Source of the DNA: an uncultured Candidatus Saccharibacteria bacterium
GTDB taxonomy: Bacteria; Patescibacteriota; Minisyncoccia; HO2-45-28
Reading direction: 5' to 3'
NCBI GenBank assembly: GCA_964574495.1
Contig: CAZNNT010000001.1
Coordinates: forward strand, 5,194-69,193
DNA length: 64,000 nucleotides
Under the pieces are notes generated by a model. The model had not been told where the DNA came from and searched no databases. It saw only the letters and a list, made by a program, of their open reading frames with translations. This document shows positions 26,270-35,699 of this stretch, piece by piece. Position numbers and translations under genes: made by a program. Numbering within the stretch: the first letter of the stretch is position 1; every line of letters starts with the position of its first letter.

Positions 26270-27270
26270 CCCAGATGTTGGAACCACGCTTTGGTGGCTT
26301 TCTCAATTCCTTTGGGTGTCCAGACCGGAGCGCCGCGCCAATAATCAATGTTTTTCAGAAGTTCTTTAACGCCTTCCTCAAACGAAACCTCCGGCGACCA
26401 GCCAAGCTTTGATTTAATCTTTGCGATATCGGCGCAAGTTACATCCGGCTCACCGGGCCTTTTCGGCAAATTCACGGTTTCTTTCGCCCCCAAAAGCCGG
26501 ACTATTTCATTTACGCTCCGAGGCGCGCCCGAGCCGACATTGAAAATTTCTCCCGAAATATCCGATTCAGCCGCGGCCAGAAACGCGCGAGCGACATCTG
26601 AAACGAAAACAAAATCCCTTTTTTGCTCCCCGTCGCCGACCACTGTCAGCGGCTTATTATAAATCAATTGCGCCAGAAATATTCCGAAGACCGCGCCGTA
26701 AGCTCCGGAAGTGCGCGATCGCGGACCGTAAACATTGAACATACGCAAAGAAATTGCCGGCAAGCCGTAAACCTTGTTCCACTGCATCACCAATTCTTCG
26801 CCAAGACGCTTGGTCAAAGCATAGGGATATTGCGGTGAAATTTCAGCGCTTTCCGGAGTCGGATAAATATCGGGAATGCCGTAGCAGGAAGAGGAGGCCG
26901 CGTAGATAAATCTTTTAACACCGTACTGGATAGAGGCCTCTAAAACGTTCAGCGTTCCCTCAACATTGTTTTCAAAGTAATGTCTCGGAAACTCAATGGA
27001 CGGTACTATATCGGCTAGGCCGGCCAGATGAAAAACCCAATCGGCTCCGGCAAATGCCGACGCCACTGTCATATCGCGAATACTCATTCTAATAAAGCTC
27101 ATATTCTTGGCTTCAGGCAAAAGTTCCATCTGCCGAATATTTTCAAAACGGCCCGTAGTCAGACTATCCACCACAATAACTTTATGGCCTTTTTTAAGAA
27201 GCAGTTCAACCAAGTGGCTGCCGATAAAACCGGCCCCGCCCGTCACAACAGCTGTTTTCCGCTCTTCCAT
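26263..27270 (-). CDS. NAD-dependent epimerase/dehydratase (extended SDR; possible nucleotide-sugar 4,6-dehydratase or 4/6-epimerase)
   Basis: Start MEERKTAVVTGGAGFIGSHLV is preceded by AGGAAAGGAGAAGAA. SSSCYG...YALTKRLGEE (SxnYxxxK). The 32 upstream codons in the track ORF lack an SD. Confidence 0.8.
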   Translation of the reverse strand: MEERKTAVVTGGAGFIGSHLVELLLKKGHKVIVVDSLTTGRFENIRQMELLPEAKNMSFIRMSIRDMTVASAFAGADWVFHLAGLADIVPSIEFPRHYFENNVEGTLNVLEASIQYGVKRFIYAASSSCYGIPDIYPTPESAEISPQYPYALTKRLGEELVMQWNKVYGLPAISLRMFNVYGPRSRTSGAYGAVFGIFLAQLIYNKPLTVVGDGEQKRDFVFVSDVARAFLAAAESDISGEIFNVGSGAPRSVNEIVRLLGAKETVNLPKRPGEPDVTCADIAKIKSKLGWSPEVSFEEGVKELLKNIDYWRGAPVWTPKGIEKATKAWFQHLGK

Positions 27271-27423
27271 TTCTTCTCCTTTCCTGATGAAAAGAACTTT
27301 GAAAACTAGCGGCCTCGGTGGCCGCGAATCCCCAACAAACCTATCACAAAAGGCGGATTTTATCAATCAAAATCTTTAATATTTACGGATTACTGCTTAT
27401 TTGTTCATCCAGTTCCAAAATAA

Positions 27424-27458
27424 GAGCAGTGGAGAAATTCCTCCACTGCTTTTGTTTT
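27424..27458 (-). terminator. Rho-independent terminator (bidirectional)
   Basis: AGCAGTGGAG-AAATTC-CTCCACTGCT followed by TTTTGTTTTA. The minus strand is T-rich too. Confidence 0.7.
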
Positions 27459-27477
27459 ATTAGCGAACTTTCGGCGC

Positions 27478-28575
27478 TTAAACGCGCTCAAGCACCTGAA
27501 AAAACCACTGTGACCTGTTTGGAACGGCTAGCTCTTCGGGTGTTACCGAAGCCAACAGTCGCGAACGAACTTCCCGGCCCAGCTTCATCTTTTCTTCAAA
27601 CGGAATATCCACCGACCCCATCATCATTGGGAAGCCCGCGAATATTGAATCCAAATAGTTTACGCAGACATTTTCCAAATGATGGAATCTCTCGAGCTTA
27701 AACCCGTTTTCCGCAAAAATACTCTTGAGCGTGCTTCTTGGAAACAAATTGCTTCTTTTCGGCACGTCATTCTCTATGCCATATCTCTTCTTCAGGAGTC
27801 CTGCGAAAATAGAGTGGAACTTCAGAAAAACTGGGTGTTCAACTGCCACGTTTCCGCAGAAATCCTGTTCTTCTTCAGGCGCGTCGTCAAACGTAATGAA
27901 ATCCTCGCCCTCCATCAGCACCATAATTCCGCCCGGCTTCATAACTTTGGCCAACGGCCTAAGCGCCACGGAACAAGCGGACTTCAGGAGGATTTCAGTC
28001 GGAATTTCAGGCGACTTTTTTTTCATTTCGGCAAGCGATTGGATTACCGGCCAGTGCAGGTAATTGCTCCCGACAATAAGGTCTATCGGGTCCAACCCCA
28101 AAGAATCCACCCGAAGGCCGTCGGCCTTGATGGCTTCCAGTTTTCCTCCGCGCCTCAAAAAAATACCTCCGCGAAAAGCATTTCTCATAGCTAAAAGGTG
28201 GCGCAGAGTCGGCTCAAAATACTCGCCTAGGACTTCGCGCGCTCCTTCTTTGCCGGACATCCAATCTGACAAATTTTTGTTCCCGACCAACGCCTCTTTC
28301 AAAAGCTCAATCATTCCTCCTGAATTATCAACGGCATAAATCTTTTCTGGCGCGTAAGCGGCTGCCGCGAGGGCGACCGTTCCGAAACCGCACCCTATGT
28401 CCAGCACTGTTCTATCTCTGATGCCGAGGTGAGCGTCAGCAAGGGCCGCAATTATCGCGGCAACTCCTTCATAACCTCCGCTTGTGGGACTTATAGACGC
28501 GTAAAGCAGAGGGTAAATACTTGAAAAAACCTTATCCGCTTTCTCTCCTTGCCTGCTTCCCGCGCTATCAGCCAT
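27478..28575 (-). CDS. Class I SAM-dependent methyltransferase
   Basis: VLDIGCGFGTVALAAAAYAP (motif I GxGxG) and a post-I acidic residue (AVDNSG). Start MADSAG chosen, overlapping the upstream gene's stop by 8 nt. Confidence 0.7.
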   Translation of the reverse strand: MADSAGSRQGEKADKVFSSIYPLLYASISPTSGGYEGVAAIIAALADAHLGIRDRTVLDIGCGFGTVALAAAAYAPEKIYAVDNSGGMIELLKEALVGNKNLSDWMSGKEGAREVLGEYFEPTLRHLLAMRNAFRGGIFLRRGGKLEAIKADGLRVDSLGLDPIDLIVGSNYLHWPVIQSLAEMKKKSPEIPTEILLKSACSVALRPLAKVMKPGGIMVLMEGEDFITFDDAPEEEQDFCGNVAVEHPVFLKFHSIFAGLLKKRYGIENDVPKRSNLFPRSTLKSIFAENGFKLERFHHLENVCVNYLDSIFAGFPMMMGSVDIPFEEKMKLGREVRSRLLASVTPEELAVPNRSQWFFQVLERV

Positions 28576-29266
28576 CGCCGTTCTCCTTCCTTGGGGTGAG
28601 ATTTCGGTTCTTCCTGTACGCGAACCAAAGAAGAACAATTGAGCCGTAAAGTAAAAACGCGATTGAATTCACGATCCCCAATATCAGTCCCACCTCGGCG
28701 GAATGCGCTTCAGACGAGCGGCCGACAAAAAAGCCGTAACTCGCCCAAAAAAACACACCGAGGGTAAAAACAATCATTGAACGAATATCCACGTCGCCCG
28801 CGTTCTTGTTGCGCCATATTTCCAACGGCTGAGCGACCAGAGCCGTCAATCCTGCCAACATAAAAACAAAGAACATTTCCCCCTTCCACGGCAAAAAAAA
28901 CATTGCCGGAATCATCAGCGAGAAGAGCGCGCAACAGATTTTTTCCCCCTTCCTCAGGCGCTTGAACTTGAACATACCGTGAAAAATTGGAATAATGCTG
29001 TACCCGAGAATCAGCCCGTTGAAAAGAATCGCCATACTGCCGACAAAAACAGCGTAGATCGCGTACGAGTAGCAAAGAAAAGCTTCGTAGAAAAAAGTGA
29101 TTGCCGACACGGACTCCGCGGATCTGTTTTTCCAGATTGTCTCGCCTTGCTTTTTGTAACCCCATCCGTCAATGAGGGTAAATAAAATAGTGAGCAAGAA
29201 GGTCAACGTGACCGGATTCCACCCCCACGACCGCCACTCAATGGTCTGCTTTAATATGTCAAACAT
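28568..29266 (-). CDS. Polytopic membrane protein, unknown function
   Basis: About 6 predicted TM helices, aromatic-rich. No diagnostic motif. Confidence 0.45.
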   Translation of the reverse strand: MFDILKQTIEWRSWGWNPVTLTFLLTILFTLIDGWGYKKQGETIWKNRSAESVSAITFFYEAFLCYSYAIYAVFVGSMAILFNGLILGYSIIPIFHGMFKFKRLRKGEKICCALFSLMIPAMFFLPWKGEMFFVFMLAGLTALVAQPLEIWRNKNAGDVDIRSMIVFTLGVFFWASYGFFVGRSSEAHSAEVGLILGIVNSIAFLLYGSIVLLWFAYRKNRNLTPRKENGDG

Positions 29267-29375
29267 CTGTCCTTGCCTCCAAATTCAGCCCAAATATCTC
29301 TTTTGCTTTAATCGGGCATCCACTAGAAATAAATCACAACAAAGCCGTGTTGTCAATACATTTGGTATACGAGAT

Positions 29376-30182
29376 TTATATCGCGGTCCAGCCGCCGTCA
29401 ACTATGAGATTATGGCCGGTGACATATCGGGATTCGTCCGATAAAAGAAAAATCAGCGGCCCGCAAATTTCTTCGGGACGGGCAAAACGCCCCAGGGGCA
29501 CTCTTTTGGAAAAATTGCTCACGAACGCTTTATTTCGCATTCTTTGGTCTTCGTCAAAAAAAATCCCGCCGGGGCTCAAGGCGTTCACGCGGATATTGTG
29601 CCTGCCGAGAAGCGCGGCAAGATATCTCGTAAAATTGATAAGACCGCCTTTGTGAAAAGCGTAATATTCGGCGTTGGCTTCTTTCGCGCCGGGATAAATT
29701 GAGGGGTCGTGCGCCACCACGCCGTAAATGGAGCCGATCTTGACTATGACTCCGGATTTTTGTTTTTTCATTATTTTAGCCGCTTCGCGCGTCATTAAAA
29801 AATTTCCGTTGACATTGACGTCCGTCGCCTTTCTGAAATTGGCCAAACTTCGCGAGGTAAAACTTTCAGCCGTCGGACGATGCACCGCGTTATTCACCAG
29901 GCCGTCAAGGCGCTTAAATTTTTTGATGGCGGCGTCCAGACATTCTTTAACCGATTTTTCATCGGTTATATCAAGCTCGCGGGCAAATAAACGCCGGCTG
30001 TCCTTCGCGATTTTATTTTTCAGTTTTAGGCATCCGGCATAATCAAGGTCGGCCAGAATCACATTGGCTCCGGCATTATATAAAGCTCCGGCAAAATGGC
30101 TGCCGAGCATGCCCGACGCTCCGGTCAGCAGGATTGTTTTGCCGCCCAAACGATAATCAGACGAGATGCGTTTCATTTTCAA
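29376..30182 (-). CDS. Classical short-chain dehydrogenase/reductase (SDR)
   Basis: TGASGMLGSHFA cofactor motif, NNAV, and the catalytic YAFHKGG (YxxxK). Confidence 0.8.
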   Translation of the reverse strand: MKMKRISSDYRLGGKTILLTGASGMLGSHFAGALYNAGANVILADLDYAGCLKLKNKIAKDSRRLFARELDITDEKSVKECLDAAIKKFKRLDGLVNNAVHRPTAESFTSRSLANFRKATDVNVNGNFLMTREAAKIMKKQKSGVIVKIGSIYGVVAHDPSIYPGAKEANAEYYAFHKGGLINFTRYLAALLGRHNIRVNALSPGGIFFDEDQRMRNKAFVSNFSKRVPLGRFARPEEICGPLIFLLSDESRYVTGHNLIVDGGWTAI

Positions 30183-31209
30183 TTTCTTTTAATAGTTTTA
30201 AAATTTCTTTTTCCTTTAATTTTCTGGCGTGCTCCGAAGAAAAAACGCGGCTTGCGGTTTTAAGCGCCGAGCCGTAACCGCTCGGATGGCTATAGCCCCA
30301 AACCTCTTTTCGCGGAGTCAAAATATACATATCTTTGGTTTCCAAGACGCCGCGAACCTCGTGGTCGGCCAGCAATTGCTCGTGCTTTTTTTCTCCCGCG
30401 CGCAGTCCCATAATTTTGGTTTTAATTTCCGAGCGTTTTTTTCCCAAAACTCCGGAGTAATATTGAATTGCCGCGCTCACGAGATTTTTCAATTTAACCG
30501 CCGGCATTTTAAAAACGAAAATCTCCTGGCCCTTGGTTAAAACGGCCGCGCGCAAAACCAAACCGACCGCCTGCGGAATGGTCATTATAAATCTGGTCAT
30601 TTCCGGATTGGTTACGGTTACTGACGAACCCTGGATAATTTGATTTTTAATCAACGGGAGTATGCTTCCGGAAGAGCCCAAAACATTTCCGAAGCGCACG
30701 CAGGTATACTTTGTTTTTTTGTCGCCGCGGTAATAATAAGAATTTAAAATCAGTTTTTCGGCCATCAGTTTAGACGCGCCTAAAACACCTTCGGGATTTA
30801 CGGCTTTATCGGTGGAAATGGAAACAACTTTATCCACGTTAAATTCCCTCGCGACATCAATAACATTCTGGGTTCCTAAAATATTCGTGGCTACGGCCTC
30901 AAAAGGGTCGTTGTCGCATATGTCCACATGCTTCATGGCTGCCGCGTGAAAAACAATGTCTATGCCCTCCATGGCTAGACGCAAACGGTTTTTATCCCGA
31001 ATGTCGCCGACAATAAAACGGACGGGATGTTCTTGTTCAAATCCTATTTCCTGCCTGAATTTATGGTGTCCATACTCGCCCCTCGCAAAAACCCGTACGC
31101 TTCTGGGACCGAAAGGAATGAGTTGCCTGACGATCTCCGAGCCGATAGAGCCGGTGCCGCCGGTCACCAAAATTCTTTTATCCTTGAACTCTTTAATAAA
31201 ATCGTTCAT
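30157..31209 (-). CDS. UDP-N-acetylglucosamine 4,6-dehydratase-like (PseB/FlaA1/CapD/LegB family)
   Basis: ILVTGGTGSIGSEIV Rossmann motif and the STDKAVNP signature typical of the CapD/PseB polysaccharide-biosynthesis dehydratase family. 350 aa. Confidence 0.75.
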   Translation of the reverse strand: MNDFIKEFKDKRILVTGGTGSIGSEIVRQLIPFGPRSVRVFARGEYGHHKFRQEIGFEQEHPVRFIVGDIRDKNRLRLAMEGIDIVFHAAAMKHVDICDNDPFEAVATNILGTQNVIDVAREFNVDKVVSISTDKAVNPEGVLGASKLMAEKLILNSYYYRGDKKTKYTCVRFGNVLGSSGSILPLIKNQIIQGSSVTVTNPEMTRFIMTIPQAVGLVLRAAVLTKGQEIFVFKMPAVKLKNLVSAAIQYYSGVLGKKRSEIKTKIMGLRAGEKKHEQLLADHEVRGVLETKDMYILTPRKEVWGYSHPSGYGSALKTASRVFSSEHARKLKEKEILKLLKEIENETHLV

Positions 31210-31331
31210 ATCTATACTTTATTTTCTACCACACCGACGGGTCTTTGCAAATACTTGCATTATTTTTTATGTATGGTAATATGTGAACGAAACAACGGCA
31301 GATGAACTAACGCCGCACAAGGAGGCAAAAT

Positions 31332-31733
31332 ATGAAAATAGACATGAAGGCAGCAGTTGAACTCATCCGAAAATTAAGTTCTTCGCATAAACCAAAAAGC
31401 AAACAAAGAAAAACCAAAATTACCGGAGCCGCAAAAGAAATGTTGCCGCATATTAAAACTCTGCCGCAAAAAACAATAGAAAAATTTGTCAGAAAAATCG
31501 CCCTAACCGAACCATGGATAGAAATCCACAGCACTAGTATTGCGGTCGCGTACGGTAGTGAAGGACCGATGTTTTTTAGGTGCATCTTCTGTGGCCTTGC
31601 AACCGAGGCACATTTAAACGGTCATTCTATACCTGAATCCAAAATCCGGCATAAAAAAGATTGCCCGCAACGCATGGCCCTGGAAATCATCGGCTTAGTC
31701 CGACGTACACGAAACACGCATACACGAGTCTGA
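31332..31733 (+). CDS. Hypothetical small protein (133 aa) with a CxxC pair
   Basis: Strong SD ACAAGGAGGCAAAAT before the ATG. FRCIFCGL ... KKDCPQ cysteines. Its stop codon lies inside the solo REP-like palindrome. Alternative antisense ORFs lack an SD. Confidence 0.4.
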   Translation: MKIDMKAAVELIRKLSSSHKPKSKQRKTKITGAAKEMLPHIKTLPQKTIEKFVRKIALTEPWIEIHSTSIAVAYGSEGPMFFRCIFCGLATEAHLNGHSIPESKIRHKKDCPQRMALEIIGLVRRTRNTHTRV

Positions 31734-31739
31734 CTTGTG
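31723..31739. repeat. Solo REP-like 17-bp palindrome (CACGAGTCTGACTTGTG), one mismatch from the RAYT-flanking copies
   Basis: Matches CACAAGTC-T-GACTTGTG at 48531 and 49305 except A to G at position 4. Confidence 0.6.
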
Positions 31740-31772
31740 TATCACGCCTCGGCGATTTGTTGCCGGGGTTTT

Positions 31773-32891
31773 TTATGTGCTATTTTTTACCATTTCGGCC
31801 AATCTCTGGCAAATATATTCAATATCCGATTTTTCAAGGCCGATATAAAAAGGCAGGGCGATTGATGAAGAACTGATTGATTCCGAAACCGGAAAATCGC
31901 CCTCGCGAAACCCGAAGGCCTTACGATAAAAATCAAAAAGATGGATTGAGGGCAAATAGGGCTTGGTTGAAATGCCGAGACCGGCTAATTTTTTAATGAC
32001 TCCGTCGCGGTCCGCTCCCGTCTTAATTCTCGCGACATAAACGAACCAGGAATGGGTATTATCGGGATGAATTTCGGGAGCCGAAATCGTTTCGCCGTAT
32101 TTTCCCAATTCTTCCGAATACCATGAAGCGATTTTTCGCCGCTCCTCTATAATTTTGGGGAGTTTTTTAAGCTGAACGATTCCCAAAGCCGCGCTTAACT
32201 CATTCATCCGGTAGTTATAGCCGAGCCGTTCGTGGTCAAGCCATTGCATATTTTCGGAACGACCTTGATTACGCAAAGACCGACAAAGGGCGTCAATCTT
32301 TTGGTCATTGGTCGTAATGACGCCGCCTTCGGTGGTGGTCATTTGCTTATTGGGATAAAAAGAAAACACCGCGGCGTCGCCGAAAGTTCCGACTTTTTTA
32401 TTTTTATGTTCGGCCATAATGCTTTCACAAGCGTCTTCCACGACTACCAGAGCGTGTTTTTTGGCAAATGCCGTTATCGGGTCCATATCGCAGGATTGGC
32501 CGAAAATATGCACCGGCAAAATCGCTTTTGTTTTGGATGTTATTTTTTTCTCAACTTCTTTGGGGTCAATATTAAAAGTGAGCGGATTGATATCGGCAAA
32601 AACCGGCTTCGCGCCAACATATAAAATCGCGTTGGCTGACGCAATAAAAGAAAAAGGCGAGGTTATAACTTCGTCTCCCGCTTTTATGCCGGAGGCGATT
32701 AAAGCCAGGTGCAGCCCGGCCGTTCCGCTTGAAACCGCGCAGGCGTAATCGGAACCGATGAGTTTAGCGAATTTATTCTCAAACTCCTCTATTTTCGGGC
32801 CGATGCTTAAAACGCCGGAACGCAAAACTTCCAGAATAATTTTTTCTTCTTCTTCGTCAAAATGCGGTTTTGCCATTGGATATTTCGGCAT
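31773..32891 (-). CDS. DegT/DnrJ-family PLP-dependent aminotransferase (PseC/LegC/PglE-like nonulosonate-pathway transaminase)
   Basis: DegT-type N-terminus (KIILEVLRSGVLSIGPKIEEFENKFAKLIGSDYACAVSSGTAGLHLAL); 372 aa; operon position next to the PseB-like gene. Confidence 0.8.
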   Translation of the reverse strand: MPKYPMAKPHFDEEEEKIILEVLRSGVLSIGPKIEEFENKFAKLIGSDYACAVSSGTAGLHLALIASGIKAGDEVITSPFSFIASANAILYVGAKPVFADINPLTFNIDPKEVEKKITSKTKAILPVHIFGQSCDMDPITAFAKKHALVVVEDACESIMAEHKNKKVGTFGDAAVFSFYPNKQMTTTEGGVITTNDQKIDALCRSLRNQGRSENMQWLDHERLGYNYRMNELSAALGIVQLKKLPKIIEERRKIASWYSEELGKYGETISAPEIHPDNTHSWFVYVARIKTGADRDGVIKKLAGLGISTKPYLPSIHLFDFYRKAFGFREGDFPVSESISSSSIALPFYIGLEKSDIEYICQRLAEMVKNST

Positions 32892-32897
32892 ATGAAT

Positions 32898-34574
32898 TTA
32901 AAAAATATTTATATCGGATTCCGAGCGTTCTTTTCTTTGGCCGGCAGCAGCCGTTTTCTCCACCTCTTTTGACGGTATGAAAACCTCGTTCCAATAGCGG
33001 AAAAGATGCGCCGGCCGAAAGACCAACGGCCTAAAAGGACGATTAAAAAATAATTTTTGCAAAATCGCGTTGACGGGGTTAAACCCCAGAAAGCTCGCGG
33101 CCCCCGTCGTTCCTGAAAAACGGCAGTTTATTTCAAAAATTTTCGCGAGCCCGCCGGATTTTCTCAATTGAAAATTGCACGGCCCTTCAACCTTCAAGGC
33201 CTTGCCGACATTCGTCACAAGTTCCTCTATTTCTTTATCGCGAACCGCCACCGCTTTATAAGTATCGCCGTCCCGCAGCCACCGGTTCATCACAATTACT
33301 CCGTAGCAGACGCCGTTATCAAAAAACGACCCGCAGGTGTATTCCTGGTCTTTTTCGGAAAGATATTCCTGAACTATAAGGTCCGGATTTTTTGATAAAG
33401 CCCCGAGCAAAGCCGGTTCATCCGAGACCAGTTGAAAACCGATTGATCGCGCGCCGATTCTCGGCTTTAAAACCAAAGGGAAGCCGGCCTCCTTCAAAAA
33501 TTCTCCAGCCCTATCCGCCAAAGCCGAGCGGACATAAGGGAAATTATGCGATTTTAAAAACTCCGCTGTTTTCCATTTATCGTCTGATATGGCCACGGCT
33601 TCGAGATTGCCAACCACCACCTTGGCGCCCGATCGCATTTCAAAATCATCTCTATTTTGGGAGAGTATCTTTAACTCCGTGTCGGTGCCGATAAAAACGG
33701 CTTCCACTCCTTCGCCCTTGCAAATTTTTTCCAAAACGCCCAAATAAGTCGGGTCGTCCGGACCGGGAACTATGTAGGCGGCATCCGCCCGGTATAGCCC
33801 CGCGGCCAGATGATTCATATCGGTCGCGATAATTCTTGTTTTTACTTTAGAAAGTTTGAGCGATTTAATAATGCTCTGACCCACGCCGGCTCCCGCGCCC
33901 GTAACCAAGACCGTGATTAAACGGGTCAAATCAAAAGCCGAATCGCCTATTTCCCGCAAGTCATTATGGACATCGCTGCCAAAAGAAAAATTATCTATAT
34001 TGCCTTTGGCGATTTCTTCCGAGACCAGATTTTTGAGCGGTTCGGCCGCGTGCTTGGCGTTGAATTCAAATTTAACGCCGTTAGCCGCGCATAATTTATA
34101 AACCTCTTCTACATATTCCCGAGGGGGAGAGTAGTTATAAAAGCGTTTGCTCATGCTGAAAGGGTGACCCAAAATATCAATTTTCGGATGGCGCGCGAGC
34201 GCCTTGGTCAATTCGTATTCTTTTTCCAAAAGTTCTTCCCGACTCATTGATTTGATGCCTTCAAAATGATGAACGCTGCCGACAATGACTTCCGCGGCGT
34301 CCAAAATGTCGTCTCGTGTGTTTAAAGAGCCGTCGTCAAGTATTTTTACTTCGCACCCCGCTCTAACGCTAAAGCCGGGGTAATTTAGACGGAGTTTTTT
34401 GATTTCGGCGACATAGTCGGAAAACCAATCCGTATTTTTATCCACGTGGTCGGCAAAAATAAGATTCAGTTGATCGCGCAAATGATTATGCTCTAATAAT
34501 TCGGCGATGGAATGCCGGCCGTCGCTGTAAGAAGAATGCATATGATTTTCCTCAAAACGGGTCTTTATGGACAT
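32898..34574 (-). CDS. Fusion protein: N-terminal PHP-domain phosphoesterase + C-terminal ATP-grasp ligase
   Basis: The N-terminal HMHSSYSDG ... H/D-rich ladder (HVDK, HHFEG, GHPF, GSDVHND) is a PHP fold. Residues 230-558 have a pre-ATP-grasp Rossmann (VLVTGAGAGVGQS) and an ATP-grasp core (DKWKTAEFL, GFPLVLKPRIGARSIG, IVQEYL, EINCRFSGTTG). Confidence 0.7.
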   Translation of the reverse strand: MSIKTRFEENHMHSSYSDGRHSIAELLEHNHLRDQLNLIFADHVDKNTDWFSDYVAEIKKLRLNYPGFSVRAGCEVKILDDGSLNTRDDILDAAEVIVGSVHHFEGIKSMSREELLEKEYELTKALARHPKIDILGHPFSMSKRFYNYSPPREYVEEVYKLCAANGVKFEFNAKHAAEPLKNLVSEEIAKGNIDNFSFGSDVHNDLREIGDSAFDLTRLITVLVTGAGAGVGQSIIKSLKLSKVKTRIIATDMNHLAAGLYRADAAYIVPGPDDPTYLGVLEKICKGEGVEAVFIGTDTELKILSQNRDDFEMRSGAKVVVGNLEAVAISDDKWKTAEFLKSHNFPYVRSALADRAGEFLKEAGFPLVLKPRIGARSIGFQLVSDEPALLGALSKNPDLIVQEYLSEKDQEYTCGSFFDNGVCYGVIVMNRWLRDGDTYKAVAVRDKEIEELVTNVGKALKVEGPCNFQLRKSGGLAKIFEINCRFSGTTGAASFLGFNPVNAILQKLFFNRPFRPLVFRPAHLFRYWNEVFIPSKEVEKTAAAGQRKERSESDINIF

Positions 34575-34583
34575 GCCGGCATT

Positions 34584-35699
34584 CTATAGGTTTTTTAAAA
34601 ATTTTTCAATCGCTTTAGCGATGCCGTCGGCGACTCGTCCGCCGCGATAGACCGACGGCTTACGCCTTAAATTCAAACGAAAACGCGGCGATATCGCCTT
34701 ACGGACCCCTTTTAAAATGTCGTCCGGGTCATAATCGCTGAAAATCACGTTTGATCCGGCTTCGCGGTTTTGCTGGCGACGGCCGACATTCACAAAAGGC
34801 GTTTTTAAATAATCCCCCTCCATAAGCCCCGAACTGCTGTTGCCGATTAAAGCCGCGCTTTCTTTCATCAATCCCAGATAATCCGCGCGTTCAATATGCC
34901 GATAAACGCGGAAATGGGGATTTTTGCGAAGCGCCTCTATTTTTTTTATGAAATATCCGCTGCCTTCGTCGGAATTGGGATACAAAACTATTTTTTCGTC
35001 TTGAAAATCAAGGCGCCGAAGCGCGGATACGACCGAATTAATCTGTTTGAAGATCGGCGCGCCGTCAAGAATCGTCGGATGATGAACGACAAGAAACCAC
35101 CGTTTCGCGATATCAAGATGAAAACGCGAGGACAATTCTTTTCTTTTGGGCAAGGAATTCCGGTTAAGCCGGTCTAATCCGGCGGAACCGACTACTTTTA
35201 CTAAAGCGGGGTTGGCGCCAAGAGCAATTATATTTTTTTTGCTTTTGGCCGTCTGCACCAAATGGAGTTTAGAAAAAAGAGTGATGGCGTTACGCAAATA
35301 CTGATCCACCGTCGGCCCGGAAACATCTCCGCCGGAGACATGAATAACCGGAATTCCGAGATGCAGTCCCGCGACGGCCGCGGCAAAACCCTCGTCGCGA
35401 TCGGCAATAACCAAAAGCGCGTCAACTTTGCGGCGCTTAAGATAGCGCCCTATGCCGGCAATCTCCTTGCTTAGCGCTTCAAGTTGATTGTCAAATTCTC
35501 CGACCCGAACCACGGCGTCAACGCGCGCGTCTTTTTTCACCTCGTTTAAAGTCAACCCGAACCGACGCTGGGTATGCATGCCGGTCGCGAGTATTTTTAA
35601 ATTTATTTTTGGACTTTTAAGCAGGCGAAAAATAGTTGACCTGAAAAGCCCCCATTCCGCGCGCGTTCCGGTAACGAATAAAATTGTTTTTTTATTCAT
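34584..35699 (-). CDS. UDP-N-acetylglucosamine 2-epimerase family, hydrolysing type (NeuC/LegG-like)
   Basis: ILFVTGTRAEWGL, HVSGGDVSG and a GNSSSGL-type C-terminal motif are characteristic of Epimerase_2 (WecB/NeuC). 371 aa. Confidence 0.8.
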   Translation of the reverse strand: MNKKTILFVTGTRAEWGLFRSTIFRLLKSPKINLKILATGMHTQRRFGLTLNEVKKDARVDAVVRVGEFDNQLEALSKEIAGIGRYLKRRKVDALLVIADRDEGFAAAVAGLHLGIPVIHVSGGDVSGPTVDQYLRNAITLFSKLHLVQTAKSKKNIIALGANPALVKVVGSAGLDRLNRNSLPKRKELSSRFHLDIAKRWFLVVHHPTILDGAPIFKQINSVVSALRRLDFQDEKIVLYPNSDEGSGYFIKKIEALRKNPHFRVYRHIERADYLGLMKESAALIGNSSSGLMEGDYLKTPFVNVGRRQQNREAGSNVIFSDYDPDDILKGVRKAISPRFRLNLRRKPSVYRGGRVADGIAKAIEKFLKNL

